Assembly (NCBI RefSeq): GCF_003018235.1
Contig: NZ_CP027437.1
Direction: 5' to 3' (one strand)
Origin: Escherichia coli
Lineage (GTDB): Bacteria; Pseudomonadota; Gammaproteobacteria; Enterobacterales; Enterobacteriaceae
DNA length: 64,000 bases
Shown: in pieces, positions 11,331 through 23,861 of the stretch
Layout of the letters: the number at the start of each line of letters is the position of its first letter
Numbering within the stretch: position 1 is the stretch's first letter
The notes under the pieces: generated by a model
Seen by the model: the letters and a program-made list of their open reading frames with translations, nothing else
Told to the model about the DNA's origin: nothing
The model's database searches: none
Translations under genes and position numbers: made by a program

Positions 11331-12203
11331 ATGGTCTTATTAGTAATGAAATCATCCACCACAATTATCACTGCATATTTTGACATTGGTAGAGGGGATT
11401 GGACTGCTAATAAAGGGTTCCGTGAAAAACTAGCTCGTTCAGTTGATGTTTATTTTAGTTACTTTGAGCGTCTGGCCGCACTTGAAAATGAGATGATTAT
11501 TTTCACTTCTCCCGATTTGAAACCAAGGGTTGAAGCGATTCGCAACGGAAAACCAACAACGGTTATCGTTATCGATATAAAAAAGAAATTTAGATATATC
11601 AGAAGTCGTATCGAAAAAATTCAAAAAGATGAGTCGTTTACAAATAGACTTGAGCCTCGACAATTAAAAAACCCAGAGTACTGGTCACCAGAGTATGTTT
11701 TGGTATGTAACCTTAAGGCCTATTTTGTAAATAAAGCTATCAACATGGGCTTAGTGAAAACTCCTCTTGTTGCGTGGATAGATTTTGGCTATTGCCGTAA
11801 GCCAAATGTAACTCGAGGATTGAAAATTTGGGATTTCCCATTTGATGAAAATAAGATGCATCTTTTCACTATAAAAAAAGGGCTTACTGTCACATCTCAA
11901 CAACAGGCTTTTGATTTCATGATTGGCAATCATGTATATATTATTGGTGGCGCAATTGTTGGTTCACAGCATAAATGGAAAGAATTCTATAAATTAGTTC
12001 TGGAAAGTCAAAAAATAACCCTAAACAATAACATTGTGGACGATGACCAGGGCATCTTTGTCATGTGCTATTACAAACGTTCCGATCTCTTCAACCTAAA
12101 CTATCTGGGGAGAGGAAAATGGTTCGATTTGTTTCGCTGCTTCAGGAGTAACACTTTAGGGGCAAAAATGCAGGCGCTGAGAATTTTCCTTTCAAGAAAA
12201 TAG
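11331..12203 (+). CDS. htrL: HtrL/YibB-family protein (LPS-associated, AT-rich gene)
   Basis: 290-aa AT-rich ORF between hldD and kbl, the K-12 position of htrL (yibB). Start uncertain: the ATG at 11346 (MKSSTTIITAYF) is an alternative. Confidence 0.6.
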   Translation: MVLLVMKSSTTIITAYFDIGRGDWTANKGFREKLARSVDVYFSYFERLAALENEMIIFTSPDLKPRVEAIRNGKPTTVIVIDIKKKFRYIRSRIEKIQKDESFTNRLEPRQLKNPEYWSPEYVLVCNLKAYFVNKAINMGLVKTPLVAWIDFGYCRKPNVTRGLKIWDFPFDENKMHLFTIKKGLTVTSQQQAFDFMIGNHVYIIGGAIVGSQHKWKEFYKLVLESQKITLNNNIVDDDQGIFVMCYYKRSDLFNLNYLGRGKWFDLFRCFRSNTLGAKMQALRIFLSRK

Positions 12204-12477
12204 GTTTCCCTCCATTAGTGGGTAGCGTTTTGATACCAAATGAGATTGGAAAAATGATGCTCTGGCATCATTTTTTCTTTTTATATCAATGCAGTAAAAT
12301 CACTCATCATTATGCCCAGCCAAAACTGTACAGTTTTTCTACTATCTATAGGTGTTGAGAGACATCAAGATTCACGTTATTTATCCTGAATTTTGCAGAA
12401 GTGTTAACGCGTCATCTCGTCGCGACCTATAAGTTTGGGTAATATGTGCTGGAATTTGCCCTGTCTGGAGAATCGCA

Positions 12478-13674
12478 ATGCGTGGAGAATTTTATCAGCA
12501 GTTAACCAACGATCTGGAAACCGCACGGGCGGAAGGGTTGTTTAAAGAAGAGCGCATTATTACGTCTGCGCAGCAAGCAGATATCACTGTGGCTGATGGA
12601 AGCCACGTCATTAACTTTTGTGCCAATAACTATCTCGGACTGGCGAATCATCCGGATCTGATTGCGGCGGCAAAGGCGGGAATGGATTCTCACGGTTTCG
12701 GCATGGCTTCGGTGCGTTTTATTTGCGGCACTCAGGACAGCCATAAAGAGCTTGAACAAAAACTGGCGGCCTTCCTGGGGATGGAAGATGCGATTCTCTA
12801 CTCTTCCTGCTTTGATGCTAACGGTGGCCTGTTCGAAACGCTGTTAGGCGCGGAAGACGCCATTATCTCCGACGCACTGAACCACGCGTCTATTATTGAT
12901 GGTGTGCGTCTGTGCAAAGCTAAACGCTATCGTTATGCCAACAACGATATGCAGGAGCTGGAAGCACGTCTGAAAGAAGCGCGTGAAGCCGGTGCGCGTC
13001 ATGTGCTGATTGCCACCGATGGTGTGTTCTCGATGGACGGCGTGATTGCCAACCTGAAAGGTGTTTGCGATCTCGCAGATAAATATGATGCCCTGGTGAT
13101 GGTAGATGACTCACACGCGGTAGGTTTTGTCGGTGAAAACGGTCGTGGTTCCCATGAATACTGCGATGTGATGGGCCGGGTCGATATTATCACCGGCACG
13201 CTCGGTAAAGCGCTGGGCGGGGCTTCTGGTGGTTATACCGCGGCGCGCAAAGAAGTGGTTGAGTGGCTGCGCCAGCGTTCTCGTCCGTACCTGTTCTCCA
13301 ACTCGCTGGCACCGGCCATTGTTGCCGCTTCCATCAAAGTGCTGGAGATGGTTGAAGCGGGTAGCGAGCTGCGTGACCGTCTGTGGGCGAACGCGCGTCA
13401 GTTCCGTGAGCAAATGTCGGCGGCGGGCTTTACCCTGGCGGGAGCCGATCACGCCATTATTCCGGTCATGCTTGGCGATGCGGTAGTAGCGCAGAAATTT
13501 GCTCGTGAGCTGCAAAAAGAGGGGATTTACGTCACCGGTTTCTTCTATCCGGTCGTTCCGAAAGGTCAGGCGCGTATTCGTACCCAGATGTCTGCGGCGC
13601 ATACCCCTGAGCAAATTACGCGTGCAGTAGAAGCATTCACGCGTATTGGTAAACAACTGGGCGTTATCGCCTGA
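12478..13674 (+). CDS. kbl: 2-amino-3-ketobutyrate CoA ligase (glycine C-acetyltransferase)
   Basis: 398 aa, PLP-dependent aminotransferase class II fold; GGAGA Shine-Dalgarno before the ATG; followed 10 bp later by tdh. Confidence 0.9.
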   Translation: MRGEFYQQLTNDLETARAEGLFKEERIITSAQQADITVADGSHVINFCANNYLGLANHPDLIAAAKAGMDSHGFGMASVRFICGTQDSHKELEQKLAAFLGMEDAILYSSCFDANGGLFETLLGAEDAIISDALNHASIIDGVRLCKAKRYRYANNDMQELEARLKEAREAGARHVLIATDGVFSMDGVIANLKGVCDLADKYDALVMVDDSHAVGFVGENGRGSHEYCDVMGRVDIITGTLGKALGGASGGYTAARKEVVEWLRQRSRPYLFSNSLAPAIVAASIKVLEMVEAGSELRDRLWANARQFREQMSAAGFTLAGADHAIIPVMLGDAVVAQKFARELQKEGIYVTGFFYPVVPKGQARIRTQMSAAHTPEQITRAVEAFTRIGKQLGVIA

Positions 13675-13683
13675 GGATGTGAG

Positions 13684-14709
13684 ATGAAAGCGTTATCCAA
13701 ACTGAAAGCGGAAGAGGGCATCTGGATGACCGACGTTCCTGTACCGGAACTCGGGCATAACGATCTGCTGATTAAAATCCGTAAAACAGCCATCTGCGGG
13801 ACTGACGTTCACATCTATAACTGGGATGAGTGGTCGCAAAAAACCATCCCGGTACCGATGGTCGTGGGCCATGAATATGTCGGTGAAGTGGTAGGTATTG
13901 GTCAGGAAGTGAAAGGCTTCAAGATTGGCGATCGCGTTTCTGGCGAAGGCCATATCACCTGCGGTCACTGTCGCAACTGTCGTGGCGGTCGTACCCATCT
14001 GTGCCGCAACACGATCGGCGTCGGCGTTAACCGTCCGGGCTGCTTCGCCGAGTATCTGGTGATTCCGGCGTTCAACGCTTTCAAAATCCCCGACAATATC
14101 TCCGATGATCTGGCTTCCATTTTTGATCCCTTCGGTAACGCCGTGCATACCGCGCTGTCGTTCGATCTGGTGGGTGAAGATGTGCTGGTCTCTGGTGCAG
14201 GCCCGATTGGTATTATGGCGGCGGCGGTGGCGAAACACGTTGGTGCACGTAACGTGGTGATTACTGATGTTAACGAATACCGCCTTGAGTTGGCGCGTAA
14301 AATGGGTATCACCCGTGCGGTTAACGTCGCTAAAGAGAACCTCAATGATGTGATGGCAGAACTGGGCATGACCGAAGGCTTTGATGTCGGTCTGGAAATG
14401 TCCGGTGCGCCACCAGCGTTTCGTACCATGCTCGACACCATGAACCACGGCGGTCGTATTGCGATGCTGGGTATTCCACCGTCTGATATGTCTATCGACT
14501 GGACCAAAGTGATCTTTAAAGGCTTGTTCATTAAAGGTATTTACGGTCGTGAGATGTTTGAAACCTGGTACAAGATGGCGGCGCTGATTCAGTCTGGCCT
14601 CGATCTTTCGCCGATCATTACCCATCGTTTCTCTATCGATGATTTCCAGAAGGGCTTTGACGCCATGCGTTCGGGCCAGTCCGGGAAAGTTATCCTGAGC
14701 TGGGATTAA
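13684..14709 (+). CDS. tdh: L-threonine 3-dehydrogenase
   Basis: 341 aa, Zn-dependent alcohol dehydrogenase motifs ([16 protein letters not shown]); kbl-tdh operon. Confidence 0.9.
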
Positions 14710-14716
14710 CACAAAC

Positions 14717-14741
14717 AAGGGCTGGTATTCCAGCCCTTTTT
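14717..14741 (+). terminator. Rho-independent terminator of the kbl-tdh operon
   Basis: AAGGGCTGG-TATT-CCAGCCCTT hairpin followed by T-run, 8 bp after the tdh stop. Confidence 0.6.
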
Positions 14742-14947
14742 CCTGAGGATAATCTGTTAAATATGTAAAATGCTGTCAGTAAAATAAAGAATGGGTAATT
14801 GCGCTGATCTCTTATATAGCTGTTCTCATTATCTCTCTACCCTGAAGTGACTCTCTCACCTGTAAAAATAATATCTCACAGGCTTAATAGTTTCTTAATA
14901 CAAAGCCTGTAAAACGTCAGGATAACTTCAGAGGTAGTCGGTAATTT

Positions 14948-15982
14948 ATGATGAACAGCACCAATAAACTTAGTGTTATTATTCCGTTATATAATGCGGG
15001 TGATGATTTCCGCACTTGTATGGAATCTTTAATTACGCAAACCTGGACTGCTCTGGAAATCATTATTATTAACGATGGTTCAACGGATAATTCTGTTGAA
15101 ATAGCAAAGCATTACGCAGAAAACTATCCGCACGTTCGTTTGTTGCATCAGGCGAATGCTGGCGCATCGGTAGCGCGTAATCGTGGGATCGAGGTGGCGA
15201 CGGGCAAATATGTCGCTTTTGTCGATGCTGACGATGAGGTCTATCCCACCATGTACGAAACGCTGATGACCATGGCGTTAGAGGACGACCTCGACGTGGC
15301 GCAGTGCAACGCTGACTGGTGTTTTCGTGAAACGGGAGAAACCTGGCAATCCATCCCCAGCGATCGCCTTCGCTCAACCGGCGTATTAACCGGCCCGGAC
15401 TGGCTGCGAATGGGGCTTTCTTCCCGCCGTTGGACTCATGTTGTCTGGATGGGCATTTATCGTCGCGATGTCATTGTTAAAAATAACATTAAATTTATTG
15501 CCGGATTACATCATCAGGATATTGTCTGGACAACAGAATTTATGTTTAACGCGCTACGTGCGCGATATACCGAGCAATCGTTATATAAATATTATCTGCA
15601 TAATACGTCAGTAAGTCGCTTGAATAGACAGGGAAATAAAAACCTTAATTATCAACGCCACTATATTAAGATTACCCGACTGCTAGAGAAATTAAATCGA
15701 AATTATGCCGACAAAATTACGATTTATCCGGAATTTCATCAGCAAATAACTTACGAAGCATTGCGTGTTTGCCATGCGGTGCGCAAAGAGCCGGATATTA
15801 TTACCCGCCAACGGATGATTGCCGAGATATTTACTTCTGGTATGTATAAGCGCCTGATTACCAATGTGCGCAGCGTGAAGGTGGGTTATCAGGCGTTACT
15901 GTGGTCTTTCCGCTTATGGCAATGGCGCGACAAAACGCGGTCGCACCATCGCATTACGCGTAGCGCCTTTAATTTACGCTAG
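14948..15982 (+). CDS. waaH: GT2-family glycosyltransferase (LPS glucuronic acid transferase WaaH/YibD)
   Basis: 344 aa, GT2 signature [13 protein letters not shown]...DADD; position between tdh and yibQ. Confidence 0.8.
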   Translation: MMNSTNKLSVIIPLYNAGDDFRTCMESLITQTWTALEIIIINDGSTDNSVEIAKHYAENYPHVRLLHQANAGASVARNRGIEVATGKYVAFVDADDEVYPTMYETLMTMALEDDLDVAQCNADWCFRETGETWQSIPSDRLRSTGVLTGPDWLRMGLSSRRWTHVVWMGIYRRDVIVKNNIKFIAGLHHQDIVWTTEFMFNALRARYTEQSLYKYYLHNTSVSRLNRQGNKNLNYQRHYIKITRLLEKLNRNYADKITIYPEFHQQITYEALRVCHAVRKEPDIITRQRMIAEIFTSGMYKRLITNVRSVKVGYQALLWSFRLWQWRDKTRSHHRITRSAFNLR

Positions 15983-16928
15983 CGTTAAGCTTCGCCGCTT
16001 CAGGCTGTTTGCCCCAGCCTTGCCACTGATGCTGGAAGTAAACGATCAGCGTGCTCTGGCTGATGCTTTCGCTTAATACTTCAAAGAAGCGATTAGCATA
16101 AACAGGTTCTATCGGTTTCTTCGGTTTGCACAGCTTCACGCCACGGAACGGATTACGCGGTGTGTCAGGCACAGTGTTTTTCGGCGGTGTAGACGTATCA
16201 ACCTGCGGTTCATTCAGCAAGCTGCTGGCTTTCACCAGCGTAATGTCTGGCGGCAGGTTATAAACCATCTGTTGTAGCACGCGTACCGTTGAAGGGTGAG
16301 GATGCCCAATGGCAATGGTTGAACCGTTGCGACGCGCCAGATCAATTGCGCGATTGAACTGCACACGGATGTCCGCTTCATTTTGCGAATCGTCGAGGAA
16401 CACTTTCCGTTTGATCACCTTCACGCCAGTGCCTTGCGCTGCGCGCATCGCCTGGGTATTACCGATGGTTACGCTGTCGAGGAAGTAAAGATTGTAACGC
16501 TCCAGCGCCTGCATCACTTTCTGCATACCAAACAGGTTAGAGGTCATCTTGCTGCCCATGTGGTTGTTGATCCCCACGGCATAGGGCACGTTATTGACCG
16601 CACTACGAATAATGCGCTCAATTTCGTCGCTGCTCATCTCCGGGCGTAGCGTATTTTTCTCCAGCGGCTGTTTACTCAGTGGTGCCATCGGTAGATGAAT
16701 CAACACTTCGTGACCGCTGTTATGCGCTTTGGTCGCCATCTCTCTGGCGTGTGGTGAATCGGGTAATACAGCGACGGAGATAGCGGAAGGCATCGCCAGC
16801 ACCTGGTTTTCGTTGTGCGGGCGATACCCAAAATCATCAATGACGATGGCAAGTTTGCCAGCAATTACGGGGGAGGAGAGCGCCAACAGAGCGGCAAATG
16901 CAAGAACGTTACGACGAAATGGAAACAA
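15969..16928 (-). CDS. yibQ: Divergent polysaccharide deacetylase family protein
   Basis: 319 aa with N-terminal signal peptide ([24 protein letters not shown]); the 3' end overlaps the waaH 3' end by 14 bp (convergent). Confidence 0.8.
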   Translation of the reverse strand: MFPFRRNVLAFAALLALSSPVIAGKLAIVIDDFGYRPHNENQVLAMPSAISVAVLPDSPHAREMATKAHNSGHEVLIHLPMAPLSKQPLEKNTLRPEMSSDEIERIIRSAVNNVPYAVGINNHMGSKMTSNLFGMQKVMQALERYNLYFLDSVTIGNTQAMRAAQGTGVKVIKRKVFLDDSQNEADIRVQFNRAIDLARRNGSTIAIGHPHPSTVRVLQQMVYNLPPDITLVKASSLLNEPQVDTSTPPKNTVPDTPRNPFRGVKLCKPKKPIEPVYANRFFEVLSESISQSTLIVYFQHQWQGWGKQPEAAKLNASVN

Positions 16929-16931
16929 AAC

Positions 16932-18191
16932 TTATCTTCCCAACCACGGCTGTGGATTGACCGCCTGACCCTGGCGGCGAATTTCGAAATAGAGTGAAGG
17001 CCGACCCTGACCGCCACTGCTGCCCACCAGTGCAATCGGCTGGCCCGCGCGAACCTGCGAACCAACGCTCACCAGTGCGCTCTGATTATAGCCGTAAAGA
17101 CTCATGTCGCCTTTACCATGCTCAACCACCACCACCAGACCGTAGCCTTGCAGCCAGTCAGCCAGAATCACCCGACCGTCGGCAATTGCTTTAACTTCAG
17201 TACCTTCAGAGGCACCGATAACCATTCCTTTCCAGCGTAATTCGCCCTGTAGCTGCTCGCCATAGCGATGCAGCGTCGGCCCGCGAACTGGCCAGAATGC
17301 CTGACCACGCGGCGCACCCAGGCCACCAGTTCGGGACATCAGCGATTTTTCGCTTTCGGTCGGTTTGTAGGTGGTGCCTTTGCGCGTCGCTTCTTTCTGG
17401 CGGTCGCGAACCGCCTGGGCCTCACGCGCTTCTCGTTCAGCACGCGCTTTCGCCGCGGCTTCCGCACGGGCAATGCTGTTACGCAGACGGGATTCGTTGG
17501 CGCGCAGCTCGCTCAACTGTTGCTGACCTTGCTGGATGGAAGACTCCAGCCCTGCCAGCGTCTTTTTACGCTCGTTCAGCGCCTGGGTCAGCTTCGCCTG
17601 TTGGGCGCGCTGCTCATACAACAGCGTTTGTTGCTCGCTCTGTTTCTCTTCCAGCTCGGCGCGTTGCATAGCGACTTCTTCACGCGTTTGTTTCAACTGA
17701 GCAATGGTTTCTTGTCGCGCCTGGTTGAGATAGCCGAAATAAGCCTGTAAACGCTGTCCACGCTGGCTTTCTTCACCGCTGAGAATCAGCTGAATACCGG
17801 TATGCTCGCCCTGACGGAATGCGGCATCCAGTTGTGCGGCGAGGCTGCGCTCCTGGGCGGCTTTTTGCTGCTCCAGTTTGGCAATCGACGCGTTCATCTC
17901 ATCAATCTGTTTATTCAGTTGATTGAGCGTGTTTTGCGTTTCGCGCAGTTTGCGAGTGGCTTCCGAGATCGCTTCTTCCTGCTTTTTCAATTGTGCGAGC
18001 AGGCTTGCGCGTTGTTGTTGCTTTTGGCGTACCGCGCGCTCTTTCGCGGCGATATCGGCCTGAATAGATTTGAGTTGGTCACGCTCATCCGCGTGGGCGG
18101 AAAAGGCGCACAACAATACGCCAGCGCTAAGAACGCTGGCGTAGATGATGGGCCTGATTGCAAACCTGCGCGGTTTCACGGCCCGTGTCAT
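16932..18191 (-). CDS. envC: Murein hydrolase activator EnvC (coiled-coil plus LytM/M23 domain)
   Basis: ORF track gives 427 aa; internal start MTRAVKPRRFAIRPIIYASVLSAG followed by a long Q/E-rich coiled coil and a C-terminal M23 domain. Confidence 0.85.
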   Translation of the reverse strand: MTRAVKPRRFAIRPIIYASVLSAGVLLCAFSAHADERDQLKSIQADIAAKERAVRQKQQQRASLLAQLKKQEEAISEATRKLRETQNTLNQLNKQIDEMNASIAKLEQQKAAQERSLAAQLDAAFRQGEHTGIQLILSGEESQRGQRLQAYFGYLNQARQETIAQLKQTREEVAMQRAELEEKQSEQQTLLYEQRAQQAKLTQALNERKKTLAGLESSIQQGQQQLSELRANESRLRNSIARAEAAAKARAEREAREAQAVRDRQKEATRKGTTYKPTESEKSLMSRTGGLGAPRGQAFWPVRGPTLHRYGEQLQGELRWKGMVIGASEGTEVKAIADGRVILADWLQGYGLVVVVEHGKGDMSLYGYNQSALVSVGSQVRAGQPIALVGSSGGQGRPSLYFEIRRQGQAVNPQPWLGR

Positions 18192-18224
18192 GGTATTAAT
18201 CGCCTTTCCCCTCATGGGGAGGGA

Positions 18225-19769
18225 TTATTCCACGATGAACAGCGGCTTACCAGTCATCTCTTGCGGGATTTCCATACCCATCAGCGACAACATGGTCGGC
18301 GCGATGTCAGAAAGTTTGCCGCCTTCAACCGCTTTCACGTTCTTATCACCAACGTAAATCAGCGGAACTGGCAGGTTGGTGTGTGCCGTGTGTGCCTGAC
18401 CCGTTGCCGGATCGCGCATCTGTTCAGCGTTACCGTGGTCAGCGGTGATCAGCAGTTGTCCACCCACGGACTCAACCGCTTTCGCGACTTCTTCCACGCA
18501 GTGATCCAGCGCTTCAACCGCTTTAACCGCCGCTTCCATCACCCCGGTGTGACCTACCATGTCGCCGTTCGGATAGTTACAGATAATGGTGTCGTATTTG
18601 CCGCTCTTGATTGCCGCAACCAGTTTTTCGGTCAGCTCTGCAGAGCTCATTTCCGGTTGCAGATCGTAGGTAGCCACTTTCGGTGAGTTGATCAGAATGC
18701 GATCTTCGCCTTTGAACGACTCTTCTACGCCACCGTTGAAGAAGAAAGTAACGTGGGCATATTTTTCGGTTTCGGAAATACGCAACTGAGTTTTGTCGTT
18801 TTTCGCCATCCACTCGCCGAAGGTGTTAACCAGGGACGCTGGTGGGTAAGCAACCGCAGTTTTGATGTCAGCGGCGTATTCGGTCAGCATCACGAAATCG
18901 ACGTTAACCACTTTCTTGCGCGCGAAGCCATCGAAATCAGCGTTCACGAATGCACGAGTGATTTCACGCGCGCGGTCAGCACGGAAGTTCATGAAAATCA
19001 GCGTATCGCCGTCTTCCATTGCCGCGTCTGGCTGACCTTCTGCACGAATAACGGTCGCTTTCACGAATTCGTCGTTTTCGTCGCGAGCATAAGCAGCCTG
19101 CAAACCAGCAACGGCGGTATCGGCCTGGAACTCACCCTGCGCCAGAGTCAGCAGGTCATAAGCTTTTTCAACGCGATCCCAGCGGTTATCGCGGTCCATG
19201 GCGTAGTAACGACCAATGATGGACGCTACGCGGCCTTTACCCAGCGCGGCAAATTTCTCTTCGAATTTTTTCAGCGAGGATTCAGCACTGCGCGGCGGAG
19301 TGTCGCGACCGTCAAGGAATGCGTGCAGGTAGATTTTTTCTGCGCCGCGTTCAGCGGCCAGTTCTACCATCGCCATGATGTGATCTTCGTGGCTGTGTAC
19401 GCCGCCTGCGGAGAGCAGACCCATAATGTGAACTGCTTTGCCTGCGTTTTTCGCTTTATCTACCGCGCCAGTCAGTACCGGGTTAGCGAAGAAAGCGCGA
19501 TCTTTGATTTCAACGTCCAGACGAGTCAGGTCCTGATACACGATGCGGCCGGCACCCAGGTTAACGTGACCTACTTCGGAGTTACCCATCTGACGGTCAG
19601 GCAGACCGACTTCCAGACCGGAAGCGTCGATCAGGGTATGCGGACGATTGGCCCACAGTGCATCCATTACCGGGGTTTTAGCACTAAAAATGGCGTTATC
19701 CTGCTGTTCTTCACGATAGCCATAGCCATCCAGAATCACCAGTACCATAGGTTTTTTAGAAACCGACAT
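18225..19769 (-). CDS. gpmM: 2,3-bisphosphoglycerate-independent phosphoglycerate mutase
   Basis: ORF track 562 aa; start at internal ATG 19769 ([19 protein letters not shown]) gives 514 aa typical of iPGM. Confidence 0.9.
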   Translation of the reverse strand: MSVSKKPMVLVILDGYGYREEQQDNAIFSAKTPVMDALWANRPHTLIDASGLEVGLPDRQMGNSEVGHVNLGAGRIVYQDLTRLDVEIKDRAFFANPVLTGAVDKAKNAGKAVHIMGLLSAGGVHSHEDHIMAMVELAAERGAEKIYLHAFLDGRDTPPRSAESSLKKFEEKFAALGKGRVASIIGRYYAMDRDNRWDRVEKAYDLLTLAQGEFQADTAVAGLQAAYARDENDEFVKATVIRAEGQPDAAMEDGDTLIFMNFRADRAREITRAFVNADFDGFARKKVVNVDFVMLTEYAADIKTAVAYPPASLVNTFGEWMAKNDKTQLRISETEKYAHVTFFFNGGVEESFKGEDRILINSPKVATYDLQPEMSSAELTEKLVAAIKSGKYDTIICNYPNGDMVGHTGVMEAAVKAVEALDHCVEEVAKAVESVGGQLLITADHGNAEQMRDPATGQAHTAHTNLPVPLIYVGDKNVKAVEGGKLSDIAPTMLSLMGMEIPQEMTGKPLFIVE

Positions 19770-20013
19770 TGCGACAACCTCATACTCAAGAGTCAAAATT
19801 TGCGTAATTTTACTACAGCTGAATCGATAAAATAGCCTCTGAAGATCAAAATATACGACCGCTCGCAGCAAGCCGATGCCAGATTTGCGCTTTTTTTTCG
19901 TCGCGCCCCGCAAAATTGCATTCCAGTTAACGCGCTGGCTGTATTTGCCGCACCGCGCAGGTATACTCCTTTCCTGGTTTTTTTAATCACTACGTCGGGA
20001 GTTGTTACCCCCC

Positions 20014-20445
20014 ATGCAAGAAATTATGCAATTTGTTGGCCGTCATCCCATACTGAGTATCGCCTGGATCGCGTTACTGGTGGCGGTTCTTGTGACTACG
20101 TTTAAGAGCCTGACCTCGAAAGTGAAGGTGATTACTCGTGGTGAAGCTACGCGTCTGATCAACAAAGAAGATGCTGTGGTTGTGGATTTACGTCAGCGTG
20201 ATGACTTCCGTAAAGGCCATATCGCAGGTTCTATCAACCTGTTGCCGAGCGAAATCAAAGCCAACAATGTTGGTGAGCTTGAGAAGCACAAAGACAAACC
20301 GGTTATCGTGGTAGACGGTTCTGGCATGCAGTGCCAGGAGCCTGCAAACGCGCTGACGAAAGCTGGTTTTGCGCAAGTATTCGTGCTGAAAGAGGGCGTT
20401 GCTGGCTGGGCTGGCGAAAACTTACCTCTGGTGCGCGGCAAATAA
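20014..20445 (+). CDS. yibN: Rhodanese-domain inner membrane protein
   Basis: Start [25 protein letters not shown] (TM helix) then rhodanese fold; position between gpmM and grxC. Confidence 0.8.
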
Positions 20446-20586
20446 TTTACCTGTCGTCTTTCATGATGCAGGCCGTTAGCTGCAATTAGGCCCCCAGCGA
20501 CTTATTGTTATAAGCTTCTGGGGATACTCCATTTTGCAGCCGCCCTGCAACAAGAAATTTCAGGGTAAAAAAACAGGAGCTAAGTT

Positions 20587-20838
20587 ATGGCCAATGTTGA
20601 AATCTATACCAAAGAAACCTGCCCGTATTGCCATCGTGCGAAAGCACTGCTGAGCAGCAAGGGCGTGAGTTTTCAGGAGTTGCCGATCGATGGCAACGCC
20701 GCTAAGCGTGAAGAGATGATCAAACGCAGCGGTCGCACCACGGTTCCCCAGATTTTTATTGACGCACAGCACATTGGCGGCTGTGATGACTTGTATGCAT
20801 TGGATGCACGTGGTGGACTGGATCCCCTGCTGAAATAA
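20587..20838 (+). CDS. grxC: Glutaredoxin 3
   Basis: 83 aa with CPYC active site ([14 protein letters not shown]). Confidence 0.9.
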
Positions 20839-20900
20839 CGTGTGAACGTTGGCATTACATTGTGCAGTATTTAAGGACAACACTTAAGGGTTTTCTACAC

Positions 20901-21368
20901 ATGTCAGAACAAAACAACACCGAAATGACTTTCCAGATCCAACGTATTTATACCAAGGATATTTCTTTCGAAGCGCCGAACGCGCCGCACGTTTTCCAGA
21001 AAGATTGGCAGCCAGAAGTTAAACTTGATCTGGATACGGCATCTTCTCAACTGGCAGATGACGTTTACGAAGTGGTACTGCGTGTTACCGTAACGGCCTC
21101 CCTGGGCGAAGAAACCGCGTTCCTGTGTGAAGTTCAGCAGGGCGGTATTTTCTCCATCGCGGGTATCGAAGGCACCCAGATGGCACATTGCCTGGGTGCA
21201 TACTGCCCGAACATTCTGTTCCCGTATGCTCGTGAGTGCATCACCAGCATGGTATCCCGCGGTACATTCCCGCAACTGAACCTTGCGCCGGTTAACTTCG
21301 ATGCGCTGTTCATGAACTATTTGCAGCAGCAGGCTGGCGAAGGTACTGAAGAACATCAGGATGCCTGA
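20901..21368 (+). CDS. secB: Protein-export chaperone SecB
   Basis: Internal ATG at 20901 gives 155 aa beginning [29 protein letters not shown]. Confidence 0.9.
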
Positions 21369-22387
21369 TGAACCAACGTAATGCTTCAATGACTGTGATC
21401 GGTGCCGGCTCGTACGGCACCGCTCTTGCCATCACCCTGGCAAGAAATGGCCACGAGGTTGTCCTCTGGGGCCATGACCCTGAACATATCGCAACGCTTG
21501 AACGCGACCGCTGTAACGCCGCGTTTCTCCCCGATGTGCCTTTTCCCGATACGCTCCATCTTGAAAGCGATCTCGCCACTGCGCTGGCAGCCAGCCGTAA
21601 TATTCTCGTCGTCGTACCCAGCCATGTCTTTGGTGAAGTGCTGCGTCAGATTAAACCGCTGATGCGTCCTGATGCGCGTCTGGTGTGGGCGACCAAAGGG
21701 CTGGAAGCGGAAACCGGGCGTCTGTTGCAGGACGTGGCGCGTGAGGCGTTAGGCGATCAAATTCCGCTGGCGGTTATCTCTGGCCCAACGTTTGCGAAAG
21801 AACTGGCGGCAGGTCTACCAACGGCCATTTCGCTGGCCTCTACCGACCAGACCTTTGCCGATGATCTCCAGCAATTGTTGCACTGTGGCAAAAGTTTCCG
21901 CGTTTACAGCAACCCGGATTTCATCGGTGTGCAGCTTGGCGGCGCGGTGAAAAACGTCATTGCCATTGGCGCGGGGATGTCCGACGGTATCGGTTTTGGT
22001 GCGAATGCGCGTACGGCACTGATCACCCGTGGGCTGGCTGAGATGTCGCGTCTTGGCGCGGCGCTGGGTGCCGATCCTGCCACCTTTATGGGCATGGCGG
22101 GGCTGGGCGATCTGGTGCTTACCTGTACCGACAACCAGTCGCGTAACCGCCGTTTTGGCATGATGCTCGGTCAGGGCATGGATGTACAAAGCGCGCAGGA
22201 GAAGATTGGTCAGGTGGTGGAAGGCTACCGCAATACGAAAGAAGTCCGCGAACTGGCGCATCGCTTCGGCGTTGAAATGCCAATAACCGAGGAAATTTAT
22301 CAAGTATTATATTGCGGAAAAAACGCGCGCGAGGCAGCATTGACGTTATTAGGGCGTGCACGCAAGGACGAGCGCAGTAGCCACTAA
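21368..22387 (+). CDS. gpsA: NAD(P)H-dependent glycerol-3-phosphate dehydrogenase
   Basis: 339 aa, N-terminal [11 protein letters not shown]ossmann motif; start overlaps the secB stop. Confidence 0.9.
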   Translation: MNQRNASMTVIGAGSYGTALAITLARNGHEVVLWGHDPEHIATLERDRCNAAFLPDVPFPDTLHLESDLATALAASRNILVVVPSHVFGEVLRQIKPLMRPDARLVWATKGLEAETGRLLQDVAREALGDQIPLAVISGPTFAKELAAGLPTAISLASTDQTFADDLQQLLHCGKSFRVYSNPDFIGVQLGGAVKNVIAIGAGMSDGIGFGANARTALITRGLAEMSRLGAALGADPATFMGMAGLGDLVLTCTDNQSRNRRFGMMLGQGMDVQSAQEKIGQVVEGYRNTKEVRELAHRFGVEMPITEEIYQVLYCGKNAREAALTLLGRARKDERSSH

Positions 22388-22466
22388 ACCCAGGGAACCT
22401 TTGTTACCGCTATGACCCGGCCCGCGCAGAACGGGCCGGTCATTATCTCATCGTGTGGAGTAAGCA

Positions 22467-23288
22467 ATGTCGTGTGAAGAACTGGAAATTGTCTGGAACA
22501 ATATTAAAGCCGAAGCCAGAACGCTGGCGGATTGTGAGCCAATGCTGGCCAGTTTTTACCACGCGACGCTACTCAAGCACGAAAACCTGGGCAGTGCACT
22601 GAGCTACATGCTGGCGAACAAGCTGTCATCGCCAATTATGCCTGCCATTGCTATCCGCGAAGTGGTGGAAGAGGCCTACGCCGCCGACCCGGAAATGATC
22701 GCTTCTGCGGCCTGTGATATTCAGGCAGTGCGTACCCGCGACCCGGCGGTGGATAAATACTCGACTCCATTGTTATATCTGAAAGGTTTTCATGCCTTGC
22801 AGGCCTATCGTATCGGTCACTGGCTGTGGAATCAGGGCCGCCGCGCACTGGCAATATTTCTGCAAAACCAGGTTTCTGTAACGTTCCAGGTTGATATTCA
22901 CCCGGCAGCAAAAATTGGCCGCGGTATCATGCTTGACCACGCCACGGGCATCGTTGTGGGTGAAACGGCGGTGATTGAAAACGACGTATCGATTCTGCAA
23001 TCTGTGACGCTTGGCGGTACGGGTAAATCTGGTGGCGACCGTCATCCGAAAATTCGTGAAGGTGTGATGATTGGCGCGGGCGCGAAAATCCTCGGCAATA
23101 TTGAAGTTGGGCGCGGCGCGAAGATTGGCGCAGGTTCCGTGGTGCTGCAACCGGTGCCGCCGCATACCACCGCCGCTGGCGTTCCGGCACGCATTGTCGG
23201 TAAGCCGGATAGCGATAAACCGTCAATGGATATGGATCAGCATTTCAACGGTATTAACCATACATTTGAGTATGGTGATGGGATCTGA
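22467..23288 (+). CDS. cysE: Serine O-acetyltransferase
   Basis: 273 aa with C-terminal left-handed beta-helix hexapeptide repeats; downstream of gpsA. Confidence 0.9.
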   Translation: MSCEELEIVWNNIKAEARTLADCEPMLASFYHATLLKHENLGSALSYMLANKLSSPIMPAIAIREVVEEAYAADPEMIASAACDIQAVRTRDPAVDKYSTPLLYLKGFHALQAYRIGHWLWNQGRRALAIFLQNQVSVTFQVDIHPAAKIGRGIMLDHATGIVVGETAVIENDVSILQSVTLGGTGKSGGDRHPKIREGVMIGAGAKILGNIEVGRGAKIGAGSVVLQPVPPHTTAAGVPARIVGKPDSDKPSMDMDQHFNGINHTFEYGDGI

Positions 23289-23302
23289 CGTCCTGTGATT
23301 GT

Positions 23303-23335
23303 GCCGGATGCGATGTAATCATCTATCCGGCATAC
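23303..23335. repeat. REP-like palindromic element between convergent cysE and trmL
   Basis: GCCGGATGCGATGTAATCATCTATCCGGCATAC: GCCGGAT/ATCCGGC arms resembling the E. coli REP consensus. Confidence 0.5.
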
Positions 23336-23340
23336 AGTAA

Positions 23341-23814
23341 CTAATCTCTCAATACCGCTCCCGGATACCCCAGCTGCCGCCAGGCTTCATACACCACGAC
23401 CGACACCGCATTGGACAGGTTCATGCTGCGGCTGTCCGGCACCATTGGAATGCGAATTTTTTGTTCAGCGGGCAGGGCATCAAGAATGCTTGCTGGCAGG
23501 CCGCGCGTTTCCGGGCCGAACATCAGATAATCGCCATCCTGATAGCTTACGGCGCTGTGAGCAGGCGTACCTTTCGTGGTGAGGGCAAACAGGCGCTGGG
23601 GATTTTCTGCTTCGAGGAACGCGCGATAGTCATGATGACGCGTAACGGCGGTAAACTCGTGATAGTCCAGCCCCGCGCGGCGCAGGCGCTTATCGTCCCA
23701 GGCAAATCCCATTGGTTCGATGATATGCAGACGAAAGGCGGTATTAGCGCAAAGACGGATGATGTTGCCAGTATTTGGCGGAATTTCTGGTTCGTAAAGT
23801 ACGATGTTTAGCAT
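23341..23814 (-). CDS. trmL: tRNA (Cm34/cmnm5Um34) 2'-O-methyltransferase, SPOUT family
   Basis: 157 aa, [27 protein letters not shown]...; position next to lldD. Confidence 0.85.
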   Translation of the reverse strand: MLNIVLYEPEIPPNTGNIIRLCANTAFRLHIIEPMGFAWDDKRLRRAGLDYHEFTAVTRHHDYRAFLEAENPQRLFALTTKGTPAHSAVSYQDGDYLMFGPETRGLPASILDALPAEQKIRIPMVPDSRSMNLSNAVSVVVYEAWRQLGYPGAVLRD

Positions 23815-23861
23815 ACTGCCCCCTTAGTGCGGGGGCAGAATAGCAGATATTAATCTAACCC

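Noticed and set aside
22412-22443. GC-rich palindrome (ATGACCCGGCCCG...CGGGCCGGTCAT) between gpsA and cysE as a terminator
   Set aside because: A strong stem without a following T-run, and cysE is co-directional just downstream; it could be a REP-like or attenuating structure but the function cannot be decided from sequence alone.
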